From the human T2T-CHM13v2.0 reference genome, Homo sapiens, in assembly GCF_009914755.1 (NCBI RefSeq), contig NC_060932.1: DNA of 64,000 bases. One strand, written 5' to 3'. Shown here in pieces: positions 1 through 14,125 of the stretch. Position 1 is the first letter of the stretch, and each line of letters starts with the position of its first letter. Position numbers and translations under genes: made by a program. The notes under the pieces were generated by a model. It searched no databases. It was not told where the DNA came from and saw only the letters and a list, made by a program, of their open reading frames with translations.

Positions 1-1227
1 GCAACTTACATACAGTCCATCTCATAGTACCATTCCAACATATGCCTCTTGATGCTTTTGTTAATGTAAACGAGTGGATCCGAGTTCAATTGACAGGACA
101 GATCTGAGGTCTAGGACACTACACTGAGGTCCAGGACCCAGAAAAGGGGGAATTTGTCTAGAAAACTAGCAGTCAGATGCCTGAGACCCTGCATTTACAG
201 ACCACTCTCCCAGGGAAAAGTAGGTATTGAATTTTTCTTTAGAAAGGTGGCATTCTGGCATTTAATCCCCACATGTATGACATAGATTTTTTTATTACCC
301 CTTCTGTTTATCAATAAGGAAGCTAAGATCCAATGGCTCAAGGTCACAGAGCATGTGGTATTTTGACTTTACACAATCCTGAGGCTCCCTCGGCAACATA
401 ACAAGAATCACGGAAGATTTCCAAAGATCCCCCCCTCCGAGTCTGAAAAGGCTAGGCATGTGCTCCCCTCAATCCTATGTAAAAGGGCTGGCTGGCATGG
501 GGTCAGATTGTCTTTGTAAAGACAGAGATCAAAAGGAGGTAGTTTTGATCCCACCCCACTGCACCTCCCTATTCCTTTTGCTGGCTGCAGTAGCCTCCGG
601 CTTCCTTTCTGGGTCGTTCATAAGACCCTTGGCATTGGGTTCCTCTTGCTGAGGACTAAGAGGCATGGCCACGAGAGAAATCAGTCTGCTCCACCTGGGG
701 AGACTCCCATAAACATCCATTTTCACCTACAGACCCTGAGCCCCGTGTGTACAGAACAGTACAATACTGTGGTCCCTAGGCTGCAGTGGAGGGTGGACAG
801 AAAGGAGGAAGGCCATCCAGTGGCTCCCAGGCACTCTGTGGTCTAAGAAGCAAATCTGCCCTTCTCCTTCTCCTTGCCACTAGCTGAGGGGCACCGCTGG
901 GGAATCTCCCAGGGAGATACAACCACAGAGTCTCATCCTTCCCCATTCCCTGTAGCTCTTCTCTTGCGTAATTAGCCCATAGGGATTGTAGCCACAGTCC
1001 AGGCCTTCTGAGGGCCAGAGGACTCCATCTCAGTGCCTGTGGAGGCAACGTAGGCATAGGATTTTACACAGTAGAATAGACACAGTTGTGCCTTCCAACT
1101 TCTCCCTCTTGATCATGGTCCTCTCCAGACCCTATTCTGTTCTTTATTCAGACCAAGATTCTCGTTCCCCTCCCCAAACAGCCTTTCTCTCCCAAGAAGA
1201 GTCTCTGAAACCTGTATCTCCTCTCAT

Positions 1228-1588
1228 TGTATTAGTCCATTTTCACACTGCTGATAAAGACAATTGCAAGTCTGGATACTTTATAAAGAAAAAGAGGTTT
1301 AATGTACTCACATTTCCACGTGGCTGGGGAGGCCTCACAATCATGGTGGAAGGTGAAAGGTACTTCTTACACGGCGGCTGCAAGACAGAATGAGAACTAA
1401 GTGAAAGAGGCTTCCCCTTATAAAACCATCAAATCTCGTGAGACTTATTCAAAACCAGGAGAACAGTATGGAGGAAAGCACCCTCATGATTCAATTAGCC
1501 CCCACCGGGTCCCTCCCACAACATGTGGGAATTATGGGAGCTACAATTCAAGGAGATGTTTGGATGGGCACACAGCCAAGCCATGTAA
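1228..1588 (-). mobile_element. THE1 (THE1B/C-like) solo LTR, ERVL-MaLR
   Basis: Reverse complement of the THE1 consensus, from TGTATTAGTCCATTTTCACACTGCTGATAAAGAC to GGCACACAGCCAAGCCATGTAA; ~360 bp; homologous to the + strand copy at 29833. Confidence 0.92.
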
Positions 1589-1859
1589 TCCATCTCAGAA
1601 ACCTTATCCAGTCTATCACCTCCCCTCCCTCCTTCCCTCTTGGGCAGTTTTTCTCTTTTAAATGTCTCTCACCAGCTCCCATTTCTTAAAGCCCCTGGTA
1701 GATCCTCAAATCAAAACTCCAACCAATATTCCCACTCCCTGCGCTCCTCCTTTCCTCCCATCCTGGCCTCAGCATTGCTCTACCACCTCTTGCAGCAATT
1801 ATGCTTGACCTGCGGGAGAAATTACCCAAGATTTACTTATTTATTTGTGAAAAATGAAG

Positions 1860-2190
1860 TTCCAATTATGGCATGTCCATATAGTGGAATGTTATGTAGT
1901 CATTTAAAATGACAGGGTAGAAGAAAATTTAATGAGGTGGAAAAATATTCACAACAATATATTCAGAGAGAAAAAGAGGCTACAAAACAGTGTGCAGGGA
2001 ACACTTGCATTTTTATTAAAAAATATGTGTGGATTTATTCCTATGCGACTAAAAGTATATGAGCCTAAATGTTCTCAGTGGTCATCCAGGCATCTGGGCA
2101 GTGTGATGATTACAAATGATATCTTCTTCCTTGTGCTTTATGTATTTTCTAATTTGTTTTACAATGAGGAAATATTACCTTTGAGATGAG
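1860..2190 (+). mobile_element. Old L1 (L1ME-like) 3' end fragment
   Basis: Degenerate L1 3' motif ATGGCATGTCCATATAGTGGAATGTTATGTAGTCATTTAAAA, ending in an AT-rich tail. Confidence 0.55.
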
Positions 2191-2557
2191 AAAAAAACAT
2201 AGTAAGTGTGCGTGCTTGTGCGTGTGTGTGTTTCCTTGAGACACCAGTAAAATGCCCTTTCCATCTTCTCTGTCTCTGGCCTTTCTGTTTTTATCCACAC
2301 TGGCATATGTACTTGTTATTCTGAGCAAATGAGCCAATTGAAATAAGACTCCATTTATGCAAGCAGACTGTGGCTGCTGTTAGTCCAAAAATGTTGTCAG
2401 CACTAAGCAATTGCTCCTTTACTTGTCTGAAATGCACCATATTCTCCAGTGTGCCCTGCTCCACACTTAGGTCAGCTCAGCTGTTCCAGAAAGCACGATG
2501 GACACCGTTGCCATCTGAATTCTTACATGCAACTAGAATCTTCTCTTTGCCATGGAG

Positions 2558-2805
2558 AGGCAGCGACGTATAGTGGTTAACAGTGTGCATTATTTCATTA
2601 CTAGATTGACAACTTGGGTTTGAGTTTCATCTCTGCCACTTACTGTGACTACTGACTATCCAAGCCTTGGTTTCCCTATCTGGAAATGGACAACAACAAT
2701 GGCGGTATCCATTAAAAGGATTGTTTTGAAGACTAAATGGCTAAAAATAATCAAGTGCTTAGCATAGTGCTTGGCATAGAGTATTTAACAAATAGGAGTT
2801 ATTAA
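2558..2805 (+). mobile_element. MIR SINE
   Basis: GGCAGC...GTGGTTAA start, TGGGTTTGAGT..TCTGCCACTTACT, core GGTTTCCCTATCTGGAAATGG, and 3' AAGTGCTTAGCATAGTGCTTGGCATAG. Confidence 0.85.
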
Positions 2806-3149
2806 CCCTGGACAATCTTATTTCTTGGAGGAAATAACAGTTTGAGTCTTGTAATTTTAGTCTTGTATGCTTGGCTTTGAATTAAGGACATAAGAGCAGG
2901 TTTCAGCAGGTCAGAGAAGATAAAGAGGGGATCAACTGAGGTGGAGTATTGTGTTCTGTTGCTTGCATCTCAAAAATATTTACAGGCATGGGAACAGCAT
3001 ACGAACAGGTCACAATCTTTCAAAAGGGCTCTTGTTTAAAAGGGCACCCTTCATTCTAGCTTTGCTGTGCCCTGAGCACAAGACCATATTTTAATAATGA
3101 CCTGCTTAAAATCAATAGAAATATTAGTCTTCAGTTCAGTAAAATGGAA

Positions 3150-4380
3150 TCTGAGGGCTGAAAGTAACCTCAATCCTCATCCAGTCCAATGTCCAAATGA
3201 TAGATTTTGAATCTCTCCCTAAACCCACACGTGATGTCATCATCTGGTATATGCTCTGTCGTCTCAAGTTACCGGGAACTCACACCTCCTCGGACAGCTC
3301 ATGCCATGGCAGGGCACTCAAAAGTTAAATCCGAATAGAGGTTCTTCCTTATGTTGAACCTAAATCTATCTCTCCGGAGGTCCCCACTTACGGTCCCATT
3401 TCTAATGCTTGCAAAGAAAGAACAAGCAAGCCCTTTCCTCTAATGGCATTCTTGCAAACATTTGCAGCCAGGGACCATGTATTCCTCTCAGCTTTGTCTT
3501 CTTCAAGCTAGATACCATCAACTTCCAAAACAATTACCAATATGCAAAGTTTTATGGCCCTCCATTGTTCTAGTTCCTCTCTTCTAAATTTGGTCTGGTC
3601 AAGTGTGGGGTCTAGAACACATTTCTTCTTGTGTGATTTCACTTACTCAGGATATAGCAAAATAACCACCTCTACCACTTTAGACAATGCAGTTTTATTC
3701 ATGTTGCCAAGCGTCTATTTGCTCTGGGTGGTCACCAGCAATTTACTCCCAACTAAATCCCACGAAGGAAGGTATATATTCCTTCACAAGTATTGCTTCT
3801 ACTTTATAATGATCTTATTCTGTAATTGCGAGATTTTCTTAAAACTCAATATAGAATGTTATATTCTCCTTGGCCAAATTTCATCATTTTGGATTCATTT
3901 CATTCCTTCAGCTTGTCAAGAACTTGGGAGAACCTGATTCTGTCATCTAGAATATTTGCTAACAGTCCCAAATTCTTGTCATCCACAAATTTGATGACTG
4001 GCTTCTTTCTTTATAAAAGTCATTCATTAAAACTTTGACTAATATCCAGATGAAGTCAAACCCTGGAGAAGTTCACTAGAAACTTCTCTCCAGTTCATCA
4101 TCAGTTCAGATCTTTAGATCCTTCACTAAGTTATCTGCCTAAGAGTGCTTTGATCCTTTCTGAATACATCTTAAGATATGGTGTAATATGCTACGATTTT
4201 TTCCAGGATGCCTTAATGAAAATCAGAAACACACTTTCCTAATCTAGCAATCTAACACTTTTACTTAAGAAAAAAAAGACAAATCTGACATGGCATGCTC
4301 TTAGAGAATTCTAGGTCTTAGGATTCTCTGCTTCTTTTTCTGGATATTCTCAAACTATCTCTTCTTATAATTCATTTTGG
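3150..4380 (-). mobile_element. CR1/L3 LINE relic with degenerate reverse-transcriptase region
   Basis: Minus strand at ~3976-3995 reads ATC AAA TTT GTG GAT GAC (IKFVDD, matching the CR1 KFADD RT motif); GGTTCTTCCTTATGTTGAACCTAAATCT resembles the CR1 3' region. Boundaries approximate. Confidence 0.7.
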
Positions 4381-4689
4381 AGTTTTATTTTATTTCTTAT
4401 TCCCTTGCCAAAAATGGGCCTGACACTAGCCTTCTGGTCTCCTGACAATTACTGACAATCCAGGATTCCCCAAAGATCACAACAGCAACCTGGGGAGTGA
4501 AAGAGGAATAACTGTGAAATGTAAGGTGATTTTGTCCATCAGGAGCTGAAAGAAGTAAATATATAAACAAATAAAAGACAATATTAGAAAATAAATGTTT
4601 CCTTTGGTTTGGAATAATGTCTTCACTGTAATTCTCAAGGCACAAAAAGCAGAAATCAAGAGGCTGATGGATAATTACTACATTAAAAT

Positions 4690-4906
4690 TAATTTGGGAC
4701 AACTCCGCAGGGTCATCTATCTCATCTCCGCACTCCCTGTGGGGTTGGCTGAGGTTTTGCTGCAGACGCATTGCAGTTCAACCCCTTCTTTCAGCCCAGT
4801 CCCGCATCCGTCAGTTCCTTACAGGTGTGGCTCTTGATGGAGTACATAATAAACGTCCTCCACGCAAATCTCCAAAGTCTGTTTTCAGAGAACCTGACAT
4901 AAAACA
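4690..4906 (+). mobile_element. LTR16-family 5' LTR of the ERVL provirus (only its 3' half is recognisable)
   Basis: Ends AATAAACGTCCTCCACGCAAATCTCC...AGAGAACCTGACATAAAACA; aligns with 9785-9998; followed by a PBS-like GTTGGTATCAAG. Confidence 0.8.
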
Positions 4907-6154
4907 GTTGGTATCAAGAAGCAGATTTTTTAAATGGGATTTTGGAGCATTATCACTCTCTCTGTAGAGTCAGCTGTAAGTGAGGGCTTTATCAGTGGAG
5001 ACTGCTGGAGTCCCTGTTAGTCCCTGGCATGCTGTATTGGCACGGTTGTTAGAATGTTTATTTGTGTTGAACTGGGATGAGATACCAGTGGAAGGGCAAG
5101 TATGGGCAGGTGAGATATCTCAAGCATTTGAGAAGTATCGGTAAATAGTAAGTTTCAAATTTATGGAATTGAATGTCTTTGCTGAGTGCTACTGATGCAT
5201 TAGAGAAAGACAATAAAGGCTGACGGGGACTATTCGTGAAGTTAAAGCTAAGTGTGAAAGTCAAAGGGCCTCCTTAGCAGCATAGAACAAGAACCCCCTC
5301 TCTTGCAGCAGGAGGCAAGAAAGACTGAGGGTCAGGCCAAAAGCTGAGTTACAAGGGGAGCAAAGCCTTAGAGGAGTTTGAATTCTCAACTTCAGCAAGT
5401 CTGCTCCACCAAGGTTAGGGCTGTGACTGAGAAGGAGGGAACGGGACTATAGCGATGGGGACATCTATGTTGATAAACTCAAGGACCTTGAAAGCCCATA
5501 TGTCCATGAACTCTCTATGGAGGTGCCCCATCCTCCTTCTTAGAAGCTGATGCTCCCCCTCCTTTTGCTTAAAAGTGTGCAAAGGCCTCTTATTTGAAAA
5601 ACATGCATACTACCCTCCATATGAAATGCTACCCTAACTTGTATCCTGTTTGACACAAGATCCATAGTTAGTGTAACATCAACTGGAGAAATGCTGGGTC
5701 TACCAAGGAAGAGGGAAATATACCAGGGATTATGGGCTGTAGCTCCTGCGCAGCAGCAGGAGATGAGAGACCAAGCACTAGACCGGCTCCTGAGGGTGTT
5801 GGGTCAAGGGTGGCAGGGTGCAAGCATGGATAAGTGAAAATGTATTGGTATGGGAACACCATTCCAAGACATAAGATGAACACCCTGGCAAGTACTGTGA
5901 GAAAGGGTGCTGATATGCTAAAAGGGTATCTCTTGGAAGCTGGGATAAAGGGATGGCTCCGCTAAATGAAGGAGAAATGCCAAAACTGTAGTGGCAGATG
6001 ATGGACAAACAGAAACCAAAGCTCAGATAATTTGCCAGGCTAGAATGGATATACTGCACAAGACCAGAAAACCTGATCGGCTTACCATGTTCTATGGGAC
6101 AACCTGAACGACACTTCATTTATCAAAGCGATAAGAAATGCATAGGTGAGGGGA

Positions 6155-6554
6155 TACTATAGACTAAACTGTATCCCTCCAAGATTCATAAGTTGAAGCC
6201 ATAATCCCCAGTCTGACTCTATTTGGAGCCAGGGTCTTTAGTAGGTAATTGAGGTTAAATGAGGTCATAAGAAGGGGGCCTTAATCCCATAGGATTATTG
6301 TCCTTGTAAGATAAAAAAAAAAAATGCAAGACAGCCCATTCTCTCTGTCTCTCTCTTTCCCTTCCTGCCAGGTAAACACACGGTGAGAAGGCAGGTATTT
6401 ACAAGCCAGGAAGAGAGCCCTCGCCAGAAACTAAGCTGACAACAGTCTTGACCTTGGACTTTCAGCCTCCAAAACCGTGAGAAAATAAATGTCTGTTGTT
6501 TAAGCCACCCAGTCTGTGGTATTTTGTTATGGCAGTCTGGAACTGACTAAAACA
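6155..6554 (+). mobile_element. MLT1A/MLT1A0 solo LTR nested in the ERVL gag region
   Basis: GAGGTTAAATGAGGTCATAAG, CAAGCCAGGAAGAGAGCCCTC, AAATAAATGTCTGTTGTTTAAGCCACCCAGTCTGTGGTATTTTGTTATGGCAG...ACTAAAACA. Confidence 0.9.
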
Positions 6555-8635
6555 TAGTATTACCAAAATTCTTGAAAAATTCAGTGGTGGCTGTCCTCTG
6601 CAGGCTAGAGTTTATAAGAGGAGAGGCTGTTCTAGTACTAAATTCCCTAGTAATAACAGAGATGACAGAGTCATGAAATAACAGAAGCCAGGTGGTGGCA
6701 TTTAACCATACAAAGCAAGGTGTATGCAATGTCATAATGATTGACAAAGTCAATGTGGCAGCTGGGTAGAAGCAGCCTGACCTGCAGAAAGCTAGGAAGA
6801 TTAAGGGACTTGTAACATTAGCGAAAATATTAGGGGTCCAAGTGTCTGGGGCATGCTAGGACATTCCCTCCAAAGTAAAGGGCAAATTATGGCTTCTCCC
6901 ATGTTCCAGCAATAAAATGGAAGCACAGTGCTTAATATACTTCTTCTGATGCTAAAGGAAGCATATGTCACACTTGAGAATACTATGCCAATCCACTGCA
7001 TGGCTAAAATGGAAGGCACCAGGTTTGAATGGGGCCCAGACCAGGAAAGGGTACTTCAGCAGGTCAGTCAGGTATGCAAGGAGGCTTAATGCTTGTGCCA
7101 TAGACCTGGCAGACCCTATGGTACTAGAGATATTTGTGAAGGGAAAATATACCATGTGGAGATTATAGCAAATCCTAATAGGAGAATCAAAATGTAGACC
7201 ACTAGAATTCTGTAGCAGGGCCATGCCGTGTACAGCAGAGACTAATACACCATTCAAAAAATGACTACTAGCAGCTAAAGAGCACGATAGAAACTGAACA
7301 TCTGACCAGAAGACGTCAAGTGGCTATGCAGCCACAACAGCCCTTCATAAGCTGAGTTCTACCAGATCCACCAACTAATATATCCAGGCAGGCTCAGCAA
7401 TGACCCACTGTTCAGAGAAAGTAACCCCAGGGCCAGGCACAAGTAGACCCCAAGGTTTTAAATAAGCCACATCAACAGGTGGCCCAGACCCTTCTGTTTG
7501 TACCAGTTACACTGGCATCTCTCTTTCAACTCACCTCTGGACAACAACTACCTGACACAGGAGAAAGAGATTCATCATGGGCATGGATGGGTTTGTTTGA
7601 TATGTGAGCAGAAACTGAAAGTGAACTTCTGCTGCACTGTATCCCCTCTTGGGGGTGATCCTCTAAGAGCAATGAAGAGAAGCACTACAAGCAGGTGAGA
7701 CATCTGGTTGTCCACGTTGAGTGGAAGTATAAGTGGCCTGAAGTAAGGCTCTATATGGCCTCATTGGAAGTGATAGTGTCTTCGCCAGTTGATCAGGGAC
7801 CTGTAAGAAAACAGATTAGAAGATTGGGACAAGAAAGAATGGAGAAGAGGCTAATGGATTGGCCTATGGGACTGGCCCAAAATGTGAAGATCTTTACATC
7901 ATATGTTAATACCCTCCAGAGAGCATCCACCCAAGAAGAGGACTAAATAAGCATTTAAAGAGAACAACTAAGCCAGCTGACACCAGCCAGGCTCTCATAA
8001 CAGAATCTTGACTTGCACAATGGGTTTATGAAATGGAGTGGCCATGGTGGCAGCAATGGATACGATACACAGACTCAGGGACATGAGCTCCTGCTTATCA
8101 TGACTGCTCTAGCTCTTAACCCTGTCAAATGTCCAACCTACCAGCAGAGACAAATGCTATGTCTCCCATATGGCAGCATCCCTATAGGAGACCAATCTGA
8201 TGTTTGATGGCAAATGGGTTACATGGAACTTCTTCCACCCCAGAAGCAGCAGAGGTTCATTTTGATAATATAAACACATATTCCAGGTATGGGCTTACCT
8301 TCCCTGCCCCCAGGCCCTTAGCCAGCACACTGTCTAAAGCCTTTATCAGTGTTTAATCCAGCAACATGGGATCCTGCACAACATCACATTAGACCAGGAA
8401 ACCTACTTTACAGCAAGGGAGGGGAGATGGAGCATATAACCACGAAATTCACTCATCTTATTACATGCAACGACTCCTAAGAAATTGACAGCCTGATAGA
8501 GCAATGGAATGGTCTTTTGAGGATACAGGTGAGGTGCCAGTTTCAATATGATTCTCTGAAAGAATGGGAAGCCTGTCTTCTAGGATGCAAAACACTGCCA
8601 TGCTTCCTAAATTCAAGACCATTATACATATACTA

Positions 8636-9138
<503 letters not shown>

Positions 9139-9597
9139 CTAGCTGTATCAGCAGCTGGCACAGAAAGCACTCACAGTCCTGGCAGGTTAATTTCCCTTAA
9201 CAATCAGATGGAGTTTGGGCTATTCTTTACACAAGGTGGGCAGAGAGAAATACATTTGTTTCTCCAGTGATCCACTGGAGTTTTTATTGGCACTTTTCTA
9301 CCCAATTTTGACAGTAACTTGGTATATGTGTAGCAGCTACAGCCCAAGAGGAGTTTGCTGACCAGGGGCTCAGACCTCTGGAGGATAAGCGTATGAGTCA
9401 CATCACGAGGAGGTAAGTCACACAGGCTAGCAGAGGTGCTAGCTCAGGGAAAGGAAAACCTAAAATAGACATAAAGTAGGAAGTCAGGAAGGCAAGAGCT
9501 TTTTCAGGAAATGAGAACAGCCAGAATCTTGGAGAAGCTGTTCACATATAGGGGTACTGCAGGAAGAATGCAGAGCCAGGCACTATAATGTTTATAA

Positions 9598-9998
9598 TGA
9601 AGTGGGTTCTATGCTGCTTCACCAAGCCCGTGCCTCAGGAACCCCCAGCCATGTAAATGTTGGCTGCTGGTGGCTTCCAGATGAGTCACTTCCCAGGAAT
9701 TACTTTCAGCCAAAGGTTTAAGGTAATTACTCTCCCTTCCCAGAGGCATCCCATATCCTCAAAGGCCCAGCCCTCTTGCCTGAATCAGTGACAACTCTGA
9801 AGAGCCATCGTGGTTCCAGAGCTTCTTGTGAGGTTGGCCAAGGCCTTTGCTGCAACTGTGTCATAGGTCAAATTCTCCCTCTGCTCACTCCTGCCTTTCT
9901 CTCTCTCTTTGAGATATTCCGGTGACCATTCTCCAACAATCCTCCTACACACAAATCTCCAGCTCAGAATCAGTTTCCAGGAAGCTTGACCTAAGACA
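9598..9998 (+). mobile_element. LTR16-family 3' LTR
   Basis: TG...CA ends; terminal CACAAATCTCCAGCTCAGAATCAGTTTCCAGGAAGCTTGACCTAAGACA is typical of LTR16; homologous to the 5' LTR. Confidence 0.85.
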
Positions 9999-10099
9999 GT
10001 GTTCATTATTTTATAGCTATATCTATGTTCCTACTTCTATGTTTTCCTCCTATGCCCAGCTGCTCAGGTGTGGACAAGAGAAAGTGGGTTGTTTCTGTC

Positions 10100-10700
10100 A
10101 GAATTAACATTTTTCAAGGTAAGTGAAATGGAAAGAAAGTAAGCAACAAATGATTTGGAGTTATTTTAAAATAGATTGACTAAAGTTATGTAATAAGCAA
10201 GCAAAGATGGATAAAGTGGGAAGTGAAGACGGGGTGATTTACAGATGGAAATGGGCTTCAATGAGTTGAAAGTTTTGAGGTCAGCGTATTCATGCAGTGG
10301 AAGTATTTGGACAACTGAGGTAGAAGGATAAAAGCTTTTAGTACAAACATGGAAGTTCTTGATTTTGGAGGTGGAGATGTTTCTGTGAATGACGTGGTTT
10401 AGCATCTTATCATGGAGTGAATGGCTCAGCTGAAGTAAAGAAGGTCATTGAATGTGAGAAATTCAAGGAACCAAGAAGCCAGGACTCTAATGTGGGGTCC
10501 ATAAGCATGCTGACTTTGCCTAGGATGAGGACTGGAGTTGAAAAGGAGAAGACAGCGAATCAGCACCAAGTCGTAATGCATAGGGACACAAGGCAAGATG
10601 CTCCTCAAATGATTATTAGAAGAAGGGGGAGAAAGCAGTAGGCTGATTTGGTCTGAGCCTTAAAGACTATAGGCTTTTACAAAAGGGAGGGAGAAAAGGC
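10100..10700 (-). mobile_element. L2 LINE fragment
   Basis: Purine-rich, degenerate antisense L2-like sequence (GAAGGTCATTGAATGTGAGAAATTCAAGGAAC). Confidence 0.5.
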
Positions 10701-10814
10701 AATGGGTAGCCAAGAGAATACTTTTCATACCTCCCAACGCTGAGATACAAGGGTAATAAGGATAAAGATCTAGATTTGATAAAAGTCAGCCAAATTTTGG
10801 CTAGAGGAGGGATA

Positions 10815-10945
10815 GGAAGAACTGAAACATAAAGGTTAAATGACTTGTGCAGAATCATATAGACTGTGATAGAATCAGGATTCAATCCCAGAGTATCTAT
10901 CTGCCTCCAGAGCTCATACTCTAAACCTCCATGCTAGAGTGCCTC
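10815..10945 (-). mobile_element. MIR fragment
   Basis: GAAACTGA...GGTTAAATGACTTG...CAGGATTCAATCCCAG...CTCCAGAGCTCATACTCTAAAC. Confidence 0.8.
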
Positions 10946-12829
10946 ACAATAGGTGTGTCACAGAAGGGAAATATCAACAAAATATACACATTATATTCAG
11001 CTCTTGTTGATGCTCATCAATTAAGTCCACTTTTCTAAGTACATGATGGTCAAGTATGTTTGAGACATGTTGATACAAGCTGTTGGGCCATGATTCAGAA
11101 AAAGACACTACTGTGTAGACGATAGGGGCTTGGCATTATAGGGAGGACAGATCAAATACTACACAAAATAAGTATACAGTTCAAGGCCTCAACCTCAAAA
11201 ACATGCATCACTGTCATCAACCTTAGACCTGTTTTTCTCTTCTCTATCCCCACTCTCAAGCAGCAAAGAGCCTTCAGACTCTTTCTCAGGGTCACCCACT
11301 CTGGTCCCCAGTACAATGATGCCTCCTCTTCATAGCACTCCACAGTTTGAGTCTTTCTTTTGATGCATCCCATCAACACTGAACTGGCCAAAGTCCATAT
11401 CTTGGGGTATTGCCAGTGGACTAGCCAGCTAACACTGGATTTCCTCAATTTGATGTGGCTATTTAGTAGCCATTTGTTTTTTAAATGGGAGAGAAACTAT
11501 ATTATATATGTAATATATATAACAATTGTAAGACATCTAATTTATGACTCTTTAACATATGCCAACAAAGAGTACTTTGTTGGAGGAAATAAGGCATTTA
11601 GTAAATTTGATCTGTTCTTTTTTAAAATTTGAGACTAATGTTAATATTTCTTAGGACTGTTTTAATATTAAAACTTACTGTGTGTATGCAAAGGATAATG
11701 TGGATGTTAAGTGACATTATTAATAGCAGGCCAGAAAAAAATATATATATAGGATAGTTTAAAAGACTTAATGTGTTATCCCACCTGGAGGAACTTGAAA
11801 AGAGGTCACTTGTCACCTAGTGACCAAAAATGCAATTTCTTAGAGCAATGGATGTGTGCTAGTGGGAATTTTAGGTCCACTTAAGAAGAGAGAGGATTTA
11901 CGTTTGAGCAGGTCAGACATTTATTGTTGGCTTGAAATCTTGCATGTCCATCTGCATTTGAGACCTGCTCTGATCTTTGCTTCTCCACAGCCACTGTATC
12001 CCTTGAGATGACAAAAGAAGCTTCTTAAGGCTGCAGAAATTAGGTTCCACCTGGGGTCACTTTCATTGTATACTTATTTATGTTTATGACATGGGCACTG
12101 CAATGTCCTGTCATGGGGTGAGGCCCAGGGTCTCAGCATCCTTCATTCTGCACCATATCTGTGATCAGCAGAAGCTGGAGACAGAACAGATGAGCATCCC
12201 TCCTGCACAGCCAGCTGCAGCCTTCATACACCATCTCACCAAGGAGGCTGCTGCTGGGGGAAAGGGGCCATGCAGTGTGGCTGTAGGGATTGATGGGTTG
12301 TTAATGCAGTGAGACAGTTACATTGTCTCATCCTGACAATGCCGCCATTTAGCATCCTCATGGGCAGGCACCGTGACCTAACCACAAAGCTAATGAGGCT
12401 TGGCACACCCCAGCTCAGTCTTACCCTCTGAATATTAGTTAACTTCAAAGTCTGCAACATAAATGCTCAGTCAGCCCATGGTGGTGCAGAATGGAGCACA
12501 GTGCCTCTTGCACATCGAAGTCGGGTCGCTGGAGCCTCTGTCCTTTTGGAGATTAATCTATGCTAGGCATGGGGATAAGGAGGGATGAGAAAGATGCATA
12601 CTTTTCAGGACTTTGTCATACAAAATTCTATATGAAGGTGCTGGAAGAGACTTTTCCAAAGTGCATTTTGCCAACTGTCTTTGCCTTACATAGAAAGAAT
12701 GTGAAGCCTGTGGGTGGGAAGGTGACTTGGCTATAACTAGTACAGAGATAAGGCTTCAGCCCAAGGCTCCTGGAGCTCCCAGACAAGACAGCCCTTCACA
12801 TGGAGCCTGGTCCCAAATGAGAATAACTT

Positions 12830-13640
12830 TGACTCTATCCAAGCTTAATCCACGATCTCTCCCTTGATTCCTCCTTCTCCCTTCCCTCCATAGAAAGTCC
12901 CTGGGCCTGCTGTTAATATCTCCTGAGTTGGGCCCTGCCCACCCCTTTCTTTTTTTTCCCCCACCTTCACCTGGGTTAAGTGCTCATGACTTCACTCCTA
13001 AATCATGACAATGCCTTCCTAAATGATCTCCTTTCTCTTAATATTGTTCCACTGCTTCCTATGCTTGCCATTTGTAGATTCAGTTTCTGAAAACTCCTTT
13101 TCTTACAACCTTTCTCTGCTCAAGAACCTGCTGGGGCTTTGCATAGCTATTGGAATAAGGTTTACGTTCCAGTTAGCGTTCAAGGTCTCATTGCCTTTCC
13201 TATCATATCTTCAACGGTTTCCTGTGTGGTTCCAACAAAAATGGGCTTCTCCTCATCCCCTAAACACACTAGTAGCATTTTTACCTCCACACTTAAGCAG
13301 TTCCCCCTCCTCTCATTTAGAAAATCTCTACTTCTTTCTTCCCAAGAGCAATTCTATGCATTTTCAAGCTCATCTCAAGCTTCCCTCTTGCATCAAATGT
13401 TTCCTGAATACCACAGCTGTTTCATCACTCACTCCTCTGACCTCCTATAACTCTCACTGTCTCCAGGACTCACTTGAGCCTTTGTTATAACTTACCGGCA
13501 TTGCTCTGTGTATCTGTACAGCTGAATCCTGTGTCCTTTCAAGCAATTTGTGAATTGCTTAATGAAAGAGATTATGTCTGTACTTTGGTCTCTCATAGAC
13601 GGCTAGACCACAATGTGTGCCTAATACATTCCCATTCAAC
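12830..13640 (+). mobile_element. L2 LINE 3' fragment
   Basis: Pyrimidine-rich L2-like body (TTTTCAAGCTCATCTCAAG; TGTGAATTGCTTAATGAAAGAGATTATGTCTG). Confidence 0.6.
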
Positions 13641-13949
13641 TGAGTTGAAAGCAAAGTTTAGGTCCACTTTGTCTCCAGGATAGGATTTATTGACAATTCC
13701 TCCATGACACACCCTCCAAAAGATAGTACTGACTCCAAAGAAAAACATCCTATAAATCCTAAAACAAATTATAGGTACCAAATCCCTATTAGCCCACTTA
13801 TTGCAAACAGTGCAACGTACAATCAAAATCCAGAGAAGAATCAAGATACTTCTCTAGAATTTATCACAAACATAATTTGACGTATGCAGGGGAAACACCT
13901 TATGTTTCAATCTAGGATTAAACAACCTTAAATCATAAACCTTAAATCA

Positions 13950-14125
13950 ACCAAAGCTCAGCCCTTTACTAAGTTATACAACATTTGTAAGCTTTGGTTA
14001 TCTTATCTGGGAGATTCAGTAATATCTTGCTTTTCACAAGAAGGAGGATTAAATGTGCTAGCATATGTGAAAGTATTTAGCATGGTACCTGGGCTATGGT
14101 ACTTGTTCAGGACATGTTTCAGTTT
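13950..14125 (+). mobile_element. MIR fragment
   Basis: GGAGGATTAAATGTGCTAGCATATGTGAAAGTATTTAGCATGGTACCTGG. Confidence 0.7.

Noticed and set aside
4062-4093. Hairpin CTGGAGAAGTT...AACTTCTCTCCAG as a possible miRNA or terminator
   Set aside because: Stem too short for a pre-miRNA, and it lies inside a CR1/L3 relic.
13023-13490. 155-aa ORF with a signal-peptide-like hydrophobic start
   Set aside because: Lies within a pyrimidine-rich L2 relic; no recognisable domain or exon structure.
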